Shown here: positions 36,592-50,063 of the stretch, piece by piece | Position numbering within the stretch: position 1 is the first letter of the stretch | Layout of the letters: each line of letters begins with the position of its first letter | Assembly (NCBI RefSeq): GCF_001194135.2 | Contig: NC_068983.1 | Coordinates: forward strand, 147,796,415-147,860,414 | Direction: 5' to 3' | Source of the DNA: Octopus bimaculoides | Lineage: Eukaryota | DNA length: 64,000 nucleotides | Notes under the pieces: model-generated | What the model saw: only the letters and a program-made list of their open reading frames with translations | Databases searched by the model: none | Told to the model about the DNA's origin: nothing | Translations under genes and position numbers: made by a program

Positions 36592-37866
36592 AATTCTGCC
36601 GAGGACGACTTTGCTTTTCATCCTTTTGGGATCGATACCAGTTGAGTACTGGAGTCTATGTAATCGACTATCCGCCTTCCCCATATTTCAGGCCTTCTGC
36701 CTATAGTAGAAAGGATTATTATTATTATTAAATTAAGCATATCGCTTAATCTGGATTTCTGTTGTCTCGTAAAGAGATTTTCTTCACCTACTTTATTTTA
36801 CTTTACTTCTTTTTATGTTACATTACGTTATATTATTCAGGTTGGTCGCTGAGTGCAGCAGCTGAGAAAGTTGGTTGCCCTGGTAGGGTGACAAGGTGCA
36901 CATTGGCAAGTTGTACTAACAATGCTGTTAATAACAGCCCATGTCATTGCTAGATACACAAGATGTTCAGCCATTTATGTTGACAATATATATATTAAAA
37001 AAATGCATAAATCCAAACAAACGAACAAAGCAAAGAAATATGATTTGTTTCTCTTTTAGCCATACAAAACTAAACAGAGTTTTTGCTGGTAATTTCTGAT
37101 TTCTTTTATCTATTAGCAATGGATATAATAAATCCAGTACCCCCAACAGGACTCCTGCCTATTAGCATGTTAACTAATACGCCATTTCGGTTAGCCTAGC
37201 TTTCATATTACCTAGCTAATATCCTCGCAATCTACTTGAAGTAAGGAACTGGTGTCATAGAATCTTACTTCTTGGAAAGCAAAGATGCACAGTACAGTGA
37301 CATCTCACTTAAAAGTACAAAAAAAAAAAAATTATAAGCTTCCTTTACTTCAAAGTACAGTTTAAGCATTTTCACCAAGAATTTTGAATGCTGTCAATAC
37401 CTAACGAACAGAATTCTTGTTTTTTCTTTGGTGAATCTTTTACCAGTTTTAGTCATTGGACTGCGACCATATTGAAGCGCCTTTTTGAAGGGAATAGTAG
37501 AACAAATCGACCCCAGTACTGAAACTGATAAATAACGTACTGTCTGTTTCCTTTCGAGCAAATCCGATGTGACGGAAACAGTTGTGAATAAATATATTTT
37601 TTATCACCACCAAATTCTTTGCTTTTTTATTAGNNNNNNNNNNNNNNNNNNNNNNNNNNNNNNNNNNNNNNNNNNNNNNNNNNNNNNNNNNNNNNNNNNN
37701 NNNNNNNNNNNNNNNNNNNNNNNNNNNNNNNNNNNNNNNNNNNNNNNNNNNNNNNNNNNNNNNNNNNNNNNNNNNNNNNNNNNNNNNNNNNNNNNNNNNN
37801 NNNNNNNNNNNNNNNNNNNNNNNNNNNNNNNNNNNNNNNNNNNNNNNNNNNNNNNNNNNNNNNNNN

Positions 37867-38670
37867 CCCAGCCACGGGCTGAAATGCCGCAGGCCTCAAG
37901 GTAAGTTTTCAGGCTGTCCTTGTATCGCCTCAGTGGCTTTCCAGGTGCTCTTGCTCCAGAAGCAAGCTCAGAGAAGATCATTTTTGGTAGACGCGCGTCG
38001 TCCATTCGGACTATATGTCCGACCCACCGGAGCTGGGCCTTCATGATGAGGGCTTCGATCCCGGGTATTTCGGTTCTGCGAAGCACCTCAGTGTTGGAGA
38101 CTCTGTCCTCTCAGGAAATTTCCATGATTCGTCGCAAGCAGCGGAGGTGGAACTGGTCAAGTACTCGCTTTTGCCCCTATACAGCGTCCACGTCCCACAG
38201 CCGTATAACAGAGAGGTGATGACGACTGCCCTATAGACTGCCAGCCTGGTGGAAAGTCTGATGCCTCGTTCGGCCCACACACCTATCCAAAGTCTATCAA
38301 ACGAAGCTCCTGCTTTTGCAAGCCTCATGGAGACATCTTTGTCCATGCTGTAGTTTGAGGACATGCAGCTTCCCAGGTATGTGAAACTCTCCACGTTGTT
38401 CAGAGTCGTGCTCTCAATCTCAATCTGAAGCTCAGGAGGTGTCAGGCCAGGTGCAGGCTGAAGCATCACTTCAGTTTTTCGCAGGCTAATGGTCAGTCAG
38501 AAGGTATTTGCTGCTTCTGCGAGACAAGTGGCAAGTTCTTGCAGGTCTGGTTCATTCAATGCTGCAAGCGCACAATCGTCTGCAAACAGGAAGTCTCTCA
38601 CTAGGGTGTCCAAGACTTTGGTCTTTGCTTTCAGACGTCTGAGGTCAAAGAAGAGAGACCAGTTCGCTTT
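37867..38670 (-). mobile_element. RTE-clade LINE RT fragment (BovB/RTE-like)
   Basis: VRDFLFADDCAL...TISLRKTEVMLQ...FTYLGSCMS...LLYGCGTWTLY...LRWVGHIVRMDDARLPKMIF...RYKDSLK. It has one stop and a few frameshifts, and the 3' end runs into a gap. Confidence 0.93.
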
Positions 38671-39124
38671 ACATAGAACTAAATCTATGTGAATCTATAT
38701 CACACATCTTTGGACTCTGAAACTTGAGAAATTTGGCGAGAGCATTGAATTTTACTTTACATTTTACGGTAAATCATCTTCATATGAAAACATCATCTGT
38801 ATTTCTTGCTTAACGCACAGTAGCGGTATGTGCTTTACCAACTTTGATATACTGCGTTATTGTGTTAGTTTCAATAGTCTTATATACATTAATGAACTAA
38901 TTGCGATTATTTTTAATTACTCGCATTCCATTACATATAATACCACCCTAGGTCTTCTTTATTATTTCGTACACAGACGTTTTCCAGATGTTACCACCTG
39001 GACACACAAAAGGCATTCACTGCTTTTCTAAATAGATATCTTGAAAACATCCCGCAATTGTGGTATGACAATCAAGTCGTCTCAAAACAACGCATTTGAC
39101 TACACTTCTTCTGCACATGTTGTT

Positions 39125-39502
39125 GACACTCCGTCGCTTACGACGTCGAGGGTTCCAGTTGATCCGTTCAACGGAACAGCCTGCTCGTGAAATTAACGTG
39201 CCAGTAGCTGAGCACTCCATAGACACGTGTACCCTTAACGTAGTTCTCGGGGATATTCAGCGTGACACAGTGTGACAAGGCTGACCCTTTGAATTACAGG
39301 CACAAGAGAAACAGGAAGAAAGTATGAGAGAAAGTTGTGGTGGAAGAGTACAGCAGGGTTCGCCACCATCCCCTGCCGGAGCCTCGTGGAGCTTTAGGTG
39401 TTTTCGCTCAATAAACATTCACAACGCCCGGTCTGGGAATCGAAACCGCGATCCTATGACCGTGAGTCCGCTGCCCTAACCACTGGGCCATTGCGTCTCC
39501 AC
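39125..39502 (-). mobile_element. tRNA-derived SINE, family A head with a different body
   Basis: A box TGGCCCAGTGG and B box GGTTTCGATTCCC. The head is shared with 1562-1756. Confidence 0.82.
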
Positions 39503-40470
39503 TTTCTGCATATGAAAAGCATACAAAACCCCGAAGTCATTACAAAGTCACGACATAACCTCCGGTGAGCTTTTCTACACTTCTCACGTATATAATATTG
39601 CCCCCACCGCTCCGCTGAAAAAAAAAAAAAAAAAGCGAATGGATTTTTTTCTGATCGGATTCTAATCTTTTACACAGCCCACCATTAAAGTACTAATTAC
39701 ATAGTTGAGATAATACTACTACACTATTAAAACATCATAGATATCTTAAATACTCTCACGAATACGCTACACGCAATGATTGACATTGTCGCTTCCCTGA
39801 GCCACATCTGCATCTATTACAGCATCTTGTAATCCTCTAAATAGCAAGCTGCTTACTTATCTTCATCCCCATCGACCCTGATGCACCCGTCTCAAATAGA
39901 TTCGTTAATTCTTAGCACTAAATAATCTTCGCAATTATATATCCTTTTTGCCCAGACATTTACCACAAGCTTCATTCTGCAAAAATAAAAACCGAGCATC
40001 AACTATATCGATGTCAAAAATTGGAAGTTTAAGAGGTTAACAAAAATCGTTGGTGCTTCACGGATATCTTCCGACAAATTAGTGAAACGAAAACTGCAAC
40101 GAGAATCTCCACCAGCAGCACCAAATATTTTGTCAAATTTTTCATTTCCAGACTTTCAATATTCAGAAACATCTTCAGTGCCCATTATTTCACAGCAGAG
40201 ACTTGAAACCGAACATCAACTGATTCGATGTTTTTGCCTGGAGAAATCAAAAGAGACACGATTGCCGCCTCTCCACTTCCTGGCACAAATTTAAGATATA
40301 TGATTTTAATGTTCCAAATACGTAGACACAATTAGGCTAAACAGCGAAAAATCTCGTACTGGAAAAAGACAAAAACGTATATTTATCACCGTTGATGTTA
40401 TCAGAAACACTCGTATTGTTATCAGTGTTTGTATGTGTATGCTTGAGAATGTTTCGTGTGTGAAAGTGCT

Positions 40471-40551
<81 letters not shown>

Positions 40552-40859
40552 TCTCTCTCCCGCTCTCTTTCTCTCTCTCTCCCCTCTCTCTGTTTAGATC
40601 CACCCAGTGTTACAGAAGAATATTGTGTGAAACGTAAAATAATCACTCACTCATGAACAGTAACAAAGGATGGGCTTTTATATGCACTCACAACGACATG
40701 TCATTATTTGAGTGCAAATGTCTATAAAATACTTCGAATACAACAATGTACTTATTTTATACATATATCTCTCTCTATCTTCTTCTTTGTCCTTATTTAT
40801 TTCTCAATCCCCACCCCACTTCCTTTTCTCCACATGTCTCAACTCACGTACACACAGTC

Positions 40860-43440
40860 GTCAAGTGCGAAAAGGTGTCTTTGAATCGATGAGGTTATAA
40901 TTATGTACGAGACCTGATATGATCGCCGAGGACAGAAAAAAGTGGTGTAAGAACATTGACCGAGTCTTCAAGGCTAAGGAACGAAGATTGCGTTGTGAGA
41001 ATCAGGGTGCGTGCTCTAAGTGAACGAAAGTCGTTTGATGGCCCGGGTGACAGAAGAACCGAAACGTGGCAACAACGCCACAATTCGGTCTTTTGACAGA
41101 TTGGAATGGGTGCCTGTTAGTTGATACCAAGCAGCTGCGAATAGCTTTTCAGTGTCATTTCGCACAATTGTTTGAGGCGGATGGCGGACAGTGAATGTGA
41201 TGGAATTAAATGCACACCTCGAGGGCCTTTCGAGACACTTTGATAGGGATGTAGAGTCCTGCCTAAGATAACAAGAGCTTACAATATACGAGAAGCGATG
41301 AAGAAACGCACGATGGAAATGTCGCTGGGGCTGGATTATCTGCTCTACAAGCTTTATCTACATATGCCACAATTGTGCGGGGATCTTTTAGCAGTTGTCT
41401 GCCACGACTAGCAGCAAAATCAGAATTTCTAGTCCTACGATAAGTTGCGTGATGCTGCTGTCGAGAAAGGTCCCGAACAAGAGAGATGGTTTGACAACTT
41501 CAAGACCGTAATTCTACTAAATGCAACGTTGAAGATTTTGGCTAAGGTGTTAGCAAAGAGGTTGGACCTTGTCAATACTGTGGTTGGTGAGGCACAATCA
41601 TATGCTACCCTAAATAGATATATTCACAACGTTTACCTCACAAGATACATCAAAGAAATAATAGATAAAGAATCCTGCATGGGTGACTGGTGTGTTTAGA
41701 ACAGTCGAAAACTTTCGAAGATGTTAACCATGAATACTCGGTGACTATTCTGAAGGCGGCTGGTTTCGGGTTCGATTTCGTCTTCAGAGGCTTGATTGCT
41801 AAAATGTACTGCGACATTTGTTCGGTAGTCAGAGAAAATGACTGCCTGTCGGAACCGTTCAGTATATTGTACACGGCCAGTCAATGGTTTTCTCTCTCTC
41901 CCCCTCTGTACGTACTAACTATAGAGTCACAATTGCAGAAGCTGGAGGTTTCGCGAGGCATTCTGCGACAAGCAGGAAGCAGAAAATCTGTTTGCATTTG
42001 TGGACGACGTTATCATAATATTACTGGACACCAAACATTTTGAAGTGATCAGAACTATTCTATAGGAGTACGAGGTGACAGGAACAGAAGCTAATCAGAA
42101 GTCTTTAAGGTTGTGGATCGGCACCAACAGGGATAGTTCTATGCCATCTTACAGTATCGTGGGACGCTGGTCTTACGGATTGGTTAAATTGCGCAGCGTT
42201 TGATTTGGTCTACACCTCAAGGTGGACAAAAGCTAAGAGGAGGTGGCTAGTAGCCCGGCTAATCTCACACAGAAATGGACCGAAACAAAACTATTCCTCA
42301 AGGGCCGGGCGGAGGTGGTGAATGTCTATATCGCATCTGTAATCTACTACCGCTTGATCTTTGTGTTTTTCCAACCATATGACCAAAGTGGAGTGCTTGC
42401 TCTTCTGCTTTCTGTGGAGTGGACATGTTCAGCTTGTCAAACAATCAATTTGTTGTCAATATTCGCTGCGCGAAGGACTGAGTACGTTGAGGCTTATGAT
42501 GCACAGAAATATGCTGAGGTCGTGACATCTCCAGCATTTCCTTGACGGTAAACTGCTGGTGTGTCCACCGTTTGCTAGATGCACTTTTCTGTAGCTCGTC
42601 TCTATAATTGAACTGCTGTCCTGAATCAAATATAGACCTAGGTATGGTACCTGGCATCTAGAGTGCCATCAAGAGCTCCCAATCCTGAATTAGTCGGGCA
42701 ATATGGTCGGTGGATGTTCCACCATGGTGTTCTATAGGGGGTTAGGGGTAGTTAAAAGCGAAGACATCCACGCGGAAACTCTGGGTGTCGAAGAAAATTT
42801 ACTGGTTGGGGTATTCCCGAGGTCTTGGGCCAGGGAACAAAAAAATATTCCAGAAATCTCTGGATTGGCAGGGCTGCCGAGAGCTATTGCGGTTTGGGAT
42901 AAACTCTACAGACTTGGCTGTGCCGTCGACCGCACTAGCCCGAGATGCACAGAGCGATGAAACCATTCCACACGTGATCGCACAGTGCTAGAGAATTGCT
43001 AGAATTATGTTGAACAGCCACTGTCACGTGTAGAACGGATCTGCCTTTGGACCAACTCTGTTTCGTAGGATACTCCGCCGCATTATTTCTGGCGGGTAGA
43101 GAAAACAGTTTTCTTTTGTTTGATGGCTATGGTGAAAGAGGTTATTTGGTGGTCGTAACTCAAAGGACTGAAAAAGTCTGAAAGCACTGAAGACAGATTC
43201 TTTCATTTTCGACCAAGCCTGCATCGATTCTTCAATATCCATTTGTAAAGAAAGATTAGGTTGGAGAGGGAGGAGCTGCCCTCCTCCACCTAGTAAAAAT
43301 TAAAAAAAGTAAGTAAATGTTGCTATAATGTTATAATTCTTTGGTTATTTTTTTTATTGTTTACAGCGTTTCTGTAGATCACCCTGTCATATTTTCCTAA
43401 ATTTTTTGACAGCCCTTGTGGCCAATAAAGAAAGAAAGAT
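40860..43440 (+). mobile_element. Second Tx1/L1-like LINE ORF2 relic, heavily frameshifted
   Basis: FDNFKTVILLNATLKILAKVLAKRL, LEQSKTFEDVNH, SLSPPLYVLTIE and FLKGRAEVVNVYIASVIYYRL. The tail CCCTTGTGGCCAATAAAGAAAG is followed by (AAT)n. Confidence 0.88.
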
Positions 43441-43441
43441 T

Positions 43442-43487
<46 letters not shown>

Positions 43488-43507
43488 GTATTAATAATAA
43501 TAATAAT

Positions 43508-43538
<31 letters not shown>

Positions 43539-43555
43539 GTAATAATAATAATAGT

Positions 43556-43618
<63 letters not shown>

Positions 43619-43632
43619 GATTATTATTATTA
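43441..43632. repeat. (AAT)n microsatellite at the LINE 3' end
   Basis: Direct reading. Confidence 0.97.
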
Positions 43633-43924
43633 TCAGTTGTTGTTATTATCTACAATCTCCCTTCTATTAAATAAAACCACTCAATAATGCAACTTATTCA
43701 CCCGCCCACTTTTGTATGTCTCTGAACTGAATGCTGTGTTAGCGAAACGTTTAAAAATTTAATAGAAGCCATAACATAATTTTATTGTAGTGCAAGCACA
43801 CACATGCGTGCACACATACTACACGCACATTCACTGCAGGTAACAATACATACGTACATACATATATACATAGATACATACATTCGTACTCACACATACA
43901 TTCATATGTGCATACATGCATACA

Positions 43925-43960
<36 letters not shown>

Positions 43961-44802
43961 TATTTATATTTATATTTATATATATACATATATGCAAATA
44001 TACATGGATTCATGCATATTAATTTCAATATAAATAACAAGGGGCCTATATCTGTATCACACATCACACAGATATATACGCATCCATATATACACCATCT
44101 ACACATATATGACACAAATATAGTCTTCTTTCACGTTATTTGTATTAAAATTTGGTCTGATTGAGTTCAAAATGTTAATACAGAAAACATAACAGATGTT
44201 AGCTTTATTTTATTATCACATTGAGTTCACTTATAGGATCGCAAGAAAGCCGTATCATTGAATTCAGTTGAACATATTTACGCTCTCAGTATTCATTTTA
44301 CACATCTAGCAAATTTTATTCATAAGTTAAAGGTCAAGCTGTGGCTACAATAGACCGCCGCATTTGTGCAATGGGTCGAACCTAAAACCATGCAATTTTG
44401 AAGAAAATTTCTTGCTTAACGATACGGTTATGCTTGACTTGCATATATGAAATGATAGCGCGGACGTTTAGCATATACGCAGCACGAGAATATGGATATC
44501 GTTACACAATTCCGTTTACAGTGATATTAAAATATTGCATTCTAAGTTTGTTAATCCCTCTATCCTTCTTTCTCACCCTCTCTCTCCCCTCTCTCCTTCT
44601 CTCTCTCCCTATTTTTCTCTCTCTCCCTATTTTTCTCTCTCACACGCACATACACACTTCCCTCACACACATGCACACTTCCCATATACGACAAATTTGT
44701 TAATCTTCATACTTTGTACACTAGTACCAAGGACCTACTTCAGTGGGGTCAATTGTTTTGTCATATTAACAATAGTTGTATGTTGCGCATCAATGTATAT
44801 GC

Positions 44803-44849
<47 letters not shown>

Positions 44850-44888
44850 CGTGTGTGTGTTTGCGTGTGTGCGTGTGTGCGTGTGTGT

Positions 44889-44926
<38 letters not shown>

Positions 44927-45199
44927 AAATGAATAAGCAGAACGTTTCATTTTAGAGCAAGTAATTTATAATTCAAACATAATAGCAGAGTTGTTAGAGC
45001 AAATAAGAAATAATGCATGTCTCTTACAGCTGTTTCTAGAATAACAATGCAAATGGTACAAAGGCCATTGAGTAAAGATTTCCATATAAATCAACGATTT
45101 CGTCCTCAAAGAGGAAAAACTAAGTAGTATCCTTAATAAAAGATAATAGCAGTTACCAGTTCCATCGTTGAAGAATTAAGAAATATCCTTATTCATATA

Positions 45200-45206
45200 T
45201 CTATCA

Positions 45207-45272
<66 letters not shown>

Positions 45273-45290
45273 ATCTATCTATCTATCGGT
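45200..45290. repeat. (ATCT)n microsatellite
   Basis: Direct reading. Confidence 0.97.
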
Positions 45291-46259
45291 ATATATANNN
45301 NNNNNNNNNNNNNNNNNNNNNNNNNNNNNNNNNNNNNNNNNNNNNNNNNNNNNNNNNNNNNNNNNNNNNNNNNNNNNNNNNNNNNNNNNNNNNNNNNNNN
45401 NNNNNNNNNNNNNNNNNNNNNNNNNNNNNNNNNNNNNNNNNNNNNNNNNNNNNNNNNNNNNNNNNNNNNNNNNNNNNNNNNNNNNNNNNNNNNNNNNNNN
45501 NNNNNNNNNNNNNNNNNNNNNNNNNNNNNNNNNNNNNNNNNNNNNNNNNNNNNNNNNNNNNNNNNNNNNNNNNNNNNNNNNNNNNNNNNNNNNNNNNNNN
45601 NNNNNNNNNNNNNNNNNNNNNNNNNNNNNNNNNNNNNNNNNNNNNNNNNNNNNNNNNNNNNNNNNNNNNNNNNNNNNNNNNNNNNNNNNNNNNNNNNNNN
45701 NNNNNNNNNNNNNNNNNNNNNNNNNNNNNNNNNNNNNNNNNNNNNNNNNNNNNNNNNNNNNNNNNNNNNNNNNNNNNNNNNNNNNNNNNNNNNNNNNNNN
45801 NNNNNNNNNNNNNNNNNNNNNNNNNNNNNNNNNNNNNNNNNNNNNNNNNNNNNNNNNNNNNNNNNNNNNNNNNNNNNNNNNNNNNNNNNNNNNNNNNNNN
45901 NNNNNNNNNNNNNNNNNNNNNNNNNNNNNNNNNNNNNNNNNNNNNNNNNNNNNNNNNNNNNNNNNNNNNNNNNNNNNNNNNNNNNNNNNNNNNNNNNNNN
46001 NNNNNNNNNNNNNNNNNNNNNNNNNNNNNNNNNNNNNNNNNNNNNNNNNNNNNNNNNNNNNNNNNNNNNNNNNNNNNNNNNNNNNNNNNNNNNNNNNNNN
46101 NNNNNNNNNNNNNNNNNNNNNNNNNNNNNNNNNNNNNNNNNNNNNNNNNNNNNNNNNNNNNNNNNNNNNNNNNNNNNNNNNNNNNNNNNNNNNNNNNNNN
46201 NNNNNNNNNNNNNNNNNNNNNNNNNNNNNNNNNNNNNNTATATATAATTAGATATGTTT

Positions 46260-46600
46260 CGACCAATAATTGGTCCATGTCATGTCTAACTTAATAGCAC
46301 CACCTGATAGGATTATCTAAATGCTTTTTAAGCCAAGTTTTGTGGTATCATGGTCCATTCGAGTGGGAAGTTCTTAGTTCTTGTTGAGTGAGTTGTAGCC
46401 AGGCATAGGTGGCTTATCTGGTATTCTTTGCAGATTCCGTTTAAACATAATAGGATCCTTTTCCTCTTTGATCTGTTTCGGGACAATGTTAAATAGGACA
46501 GGGCCTGTTGAGGAAAAGAAATTGTGTTGCAGTGTATTTATGTGTTGTAACTCGTTAGCAAGAATGTGTTGATTGTAATGGTACTTACATTGATGAATAA
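46260..46600 (-). mobile_element. CR1/L2-like ORF2 extreme C-terminus
   Basis: TLQHNFFSSTGPVLFNIVPKQIKEEKDPIMFKRNLQRIPDKPPMPGY. Confidence 0.75.
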
Positions 46601-46739
46601 GATTTCAGCATTGTTGAAATATATTTGTGATGAATTTCATGTTTCAAAACGTTGCTTACTTTATACTCAGCCTGATATATAAATACTATATATTCTTTAT
46701 ACAAGAGTGCTATTCTAATAACAATTATGATGGGAGATT

Positions 46740-48075
46740 TTAATCTATCCTGAGTTGATTATCTACAAACAGTTTGAAATCAGGTACTCCTACTTCAACT
46801 GCTGACAAAGAAGCAGTAGAGTCACTTTTCGACTTCATGAACGAGTTTTTCTTGTCCCAACTTGTTCTTGTACCAACAAGATATCAGAACATTTTAAATT
46901 TTGTGTTTAGTAACCACGCTAGCGCAATACACAATATTTCAGTGGGAAAACCCTTATTTCAGATCATGACACAGTTCTCTGTAACCTTAGATTCCACCAG
47001 CTAAACCTAGTGTCCTCTCTCCGGCCCACCGATTTGATAACATGGATCTCTATGCGTCGCAATCATAAAAGATCTATCATATGTTGACTGATCTTTTACA
47101 CATGCACACACCTCCTCCAGCATCAAAATATCTTGGTAGATCTTTGTAGACATTGTCACAAACATATGTGCTAAACACACCCCGCCACAACCTGTGAAGA
47201 AAACTAAGCGCAGATTTCCTCAAAACAGAAAAACGGTTATCAGAAAAATAAAAAGAACAAGCAAAAAAATTAACAAACTAGAATACTGCCAATAGCCACA
47301 CATAAATTCGACGGTTATCACCCTGCTCGAATTGAAAAAATATAATCCCCAACAATGCATGAAGATCATCATCAATAACCAAAGAACAGCTGAGGAGAAA
47401 GGGGCCGTTGAGAAAATCAAACTCAACCCCAAAGTGCTCTTCTCTTTTGCGGAAAAACACACGGTCACTATCTCCCACTGCTGGCCCCTTAATTAATGAA
47501 AACAGCAATCTCCAAGATAATGCCAAAACCATGGGTGAGATACTGCAGAAAGAGTACTGCTCTTTTTAGCAATCTTGATATGGCCGATCTGGACTGTATC
47601 AGTGATGTTAATCTTCAACACGCTATATCGGATGTAAGGTTTGGCGCCCCTGATGTCTTAGCGACGATAAACGAAATTAAACACAATTCAACAGTAGGCC
47701 CTGATAGGTTCCCTGCTTGTGTCCTGAAGGTGTGTCGACATCAACTTGCATCTCCTCTTGCTAATATGTGGCGAAACTCATTGGATGCTGGTTATTTTCC
47801 TGAAAAACCTTCTGTCCTAGCCTGTTGTTCCAGTTTTCAAAAAGGGAAACAAGTGCCTTGCAGTGAACTATCTACCGTTCTCGCTCACCTCTCATATCAT
47901 CAAGGTATCTGAGAGGGTGGTGAGATCACGGATAACACACTTTCTTGAAAGCAACAGACTGCTGAACCGCAATCAACACGGGTGCCGCATTCTACATTGA
48001 TTTCTGCAAGGCCTTTGACAGGATTGATCATAGGATTCTCTTGATAAAACTATCCAGAGATTTAACATTGCTTGT
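46740..48075 (+). mobile_element. CR1/L2-like ORF2 fragment (end of endonuclease domain to start of RT)
   Basis: FLSQLVLVPTRYQNILNFVF...SDH, STVGPDRFPACVLKVC...LASPL, and a DFCKAFDRIDH region. Confidence 0.85.
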
Positions 48076-48693
48076 TTTCACTTTTTCAATATCAGTGAAG
48101 AACTTCACTGGAAAAATACTTATATTTTGCCAAGAGATTGTCTTTCTCATCGAAGGTCGGCGATTATCGTACGCTGAAACTCGGGTCCGTACGTATCGCA
48201 GATCAAGATGGGAGGGATAACTTCCCTTGGCAAAAATAGACAGGACACAGAAGTGTGTCGATAAGCCAGCTGGAGGAGATGTTCTCCTGGGGCTAAAAGC
48301 AACAGTAACATCCACCCTTAGGGGTCAGCCACATTTAAATGGCAAATATACTTCACTTTATCGTGCAGTTACTGTTAATACCTCGTTCAGAGATTTAACA
48401 TCTANNNNNNNNNNNNNNNNNNNNNNNNNNNNNNNNNNNNNNNNNNNNNNNNNNNNNNNNNNNNNNNNNNNNNNNNNNNNNNNNNNNNNNNNNNNNNNNN
48501 NNNNNNNNNNNNNNNNNNNNNNNNNNNNNNNNNNNNNNNNNNNNNNNNNNNNNNNNNNNNNNNNNNNNNNNNNNNNNNNNNNNNNNNNNNNNNNNNNNNN
48601 NNNNNNNNNNNNNNNNNNNNNNNNNNNNNNNNNNNNNNNNNNNNNNNNNNNNNNNNNNNNNNNNNNNNNNNNNNNNNNNNNNNNNNNNNNNNN

Positions 48694-48724
<31 letters not shown>

Positions 48725-49441
48725 CTTACATTATTGAAAGAATACAACATAGAAAAACACAGAGCGCAATCTGGAGGCACACTTGCGATCATTTATGGAG
48801 ATCGATCGCATTAGATATATATATATATGTTATTCTCAAAAGAAGATACACTGCTCTGGGATAAGTATAGAATACCTTTGTTGTTGAGTTCATGTATACG
48901 TGTCAACGCAAGGAATATTGATGGAGCATTCCAAGCAAAGCTCTGATAAATGCAAGCATAGTAGATTTCATATAGCTGTTTCTTACACAAAAAAAATTAT
49001 GTATAGTGACAGAGATCAACTGTCCTGAAGATGTAAGCATTTATTTCAAAAGCATTCAGAAGTAGAATATTTATCGAAAACTGCTTCCAAACCTAGTTTC
49101 ATTACCCAGAATATATATTTATATTTAAGTTTATAATTATTAGCTCTACTTGGTTAGGTTTAGGTTGTAATCACAAAGATTAAGCTGAAATTTTCAATAA
49201 GAGAAAGGTACCAGTTAGCATGTCTTGCAAATACAATCCGTAAGTGGAACATCAAATTGCTGCAAGACTTCTAATATTCAACATATAGCTTTGTTGTTAC
49301 TTAAATACAAGAGATGGGGCAGTGTTTCTTTGTTAGAAACCCCTTTATAACTTCAGTTCTATATTTAAGAGATGAGGAATTATTTACATTATTTACATTA
49401 TCTACATTTGACGGATATTCGTCCTCATCTTGTTTGTTGTT

Positions 49442-49487
49442 AACACAACGTTTCGGCTGATATACCCTCCAGCCTTCGTCAGGTGTC
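49442..49487 (-). ncRNA. Minimal type I hammerhead-ribozyme motif with intact core
   Basis: GACAC-CUGACGA-A-GGCUG-GAGGGUAUAU-CAGCC-GAAA-CG-UU-GUGUU. Stem I has 4 bp plus a wobble, stem II has 5 bp, and AACGUU is palindromic. It lies in a cassette flanked by 12-bp direct repeats. Confidence 0.85.
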
Positions 49488-49789
49488 TTGGGGAAATTTC
49501 GAACCTGGGTTCTCATTCCTTTATAACTTATTGAAGTAATTCAACTAATTATCTTGCACACTTGCGCAAACATACATGTGCACGCACATACACACGCACA
49601 CACAAGCACACACATAAAAACACACACGTTATATATATGTTAAATATATCGACCAATTATAGAATTTCTTGAATGCGGAAACCTAATAAACTGTAATTGG
49701 TTAACGTACTTAAAAGCCTTCAATTACCCGCAGGAGTATTAGAGTATCATATAAGGAGTTATTATCCTGAAATGGAGGCGATGAGCTCG

Positions 49790-49990
49790 TAGAATCGTTG
49801 ACGAGTCGGACAAAACGCTTAGCGGCGTTTTTTCCATTTCCTTTGCTTCTGTGTCCAAATACCGTTGATATCGACTTTGCCTTTGACCCTTTCAGGGTTG
49901 ATAAATAAGTACCAGTTAAACATGATGGGGTGGAGTCGATGTAATCTCCTTTTTTTGAAATTTCTGGCCTTTTGTCAATATTTGAAACCA
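49790..49990 (+). mobile_element. Family C SINE
   Basis: GAGCTCGTAGAATCGTT...GACTTTGCCTTT...GATAAATAAGTACCAGTT. Confidence 0.8.
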
Positions 49991-50063
49991 TTTTTTCCGA
50001 AATAAAATTATAACATAAAAAGTTATTTCGCCAATATAAAATCAAAGATTTGTTATTACTCAC

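Noticed and set aside
40190-40260. Minus-strand acceptor-like TTTCTCCAG|GCAAAAAC resembling the start of the P450 last exon (possible alternative terminal exon)
   Set aside because: The frame gives GKNIESVDVRFQVSAVK* with no heme Cys and no P450 similarity; most likely chance.
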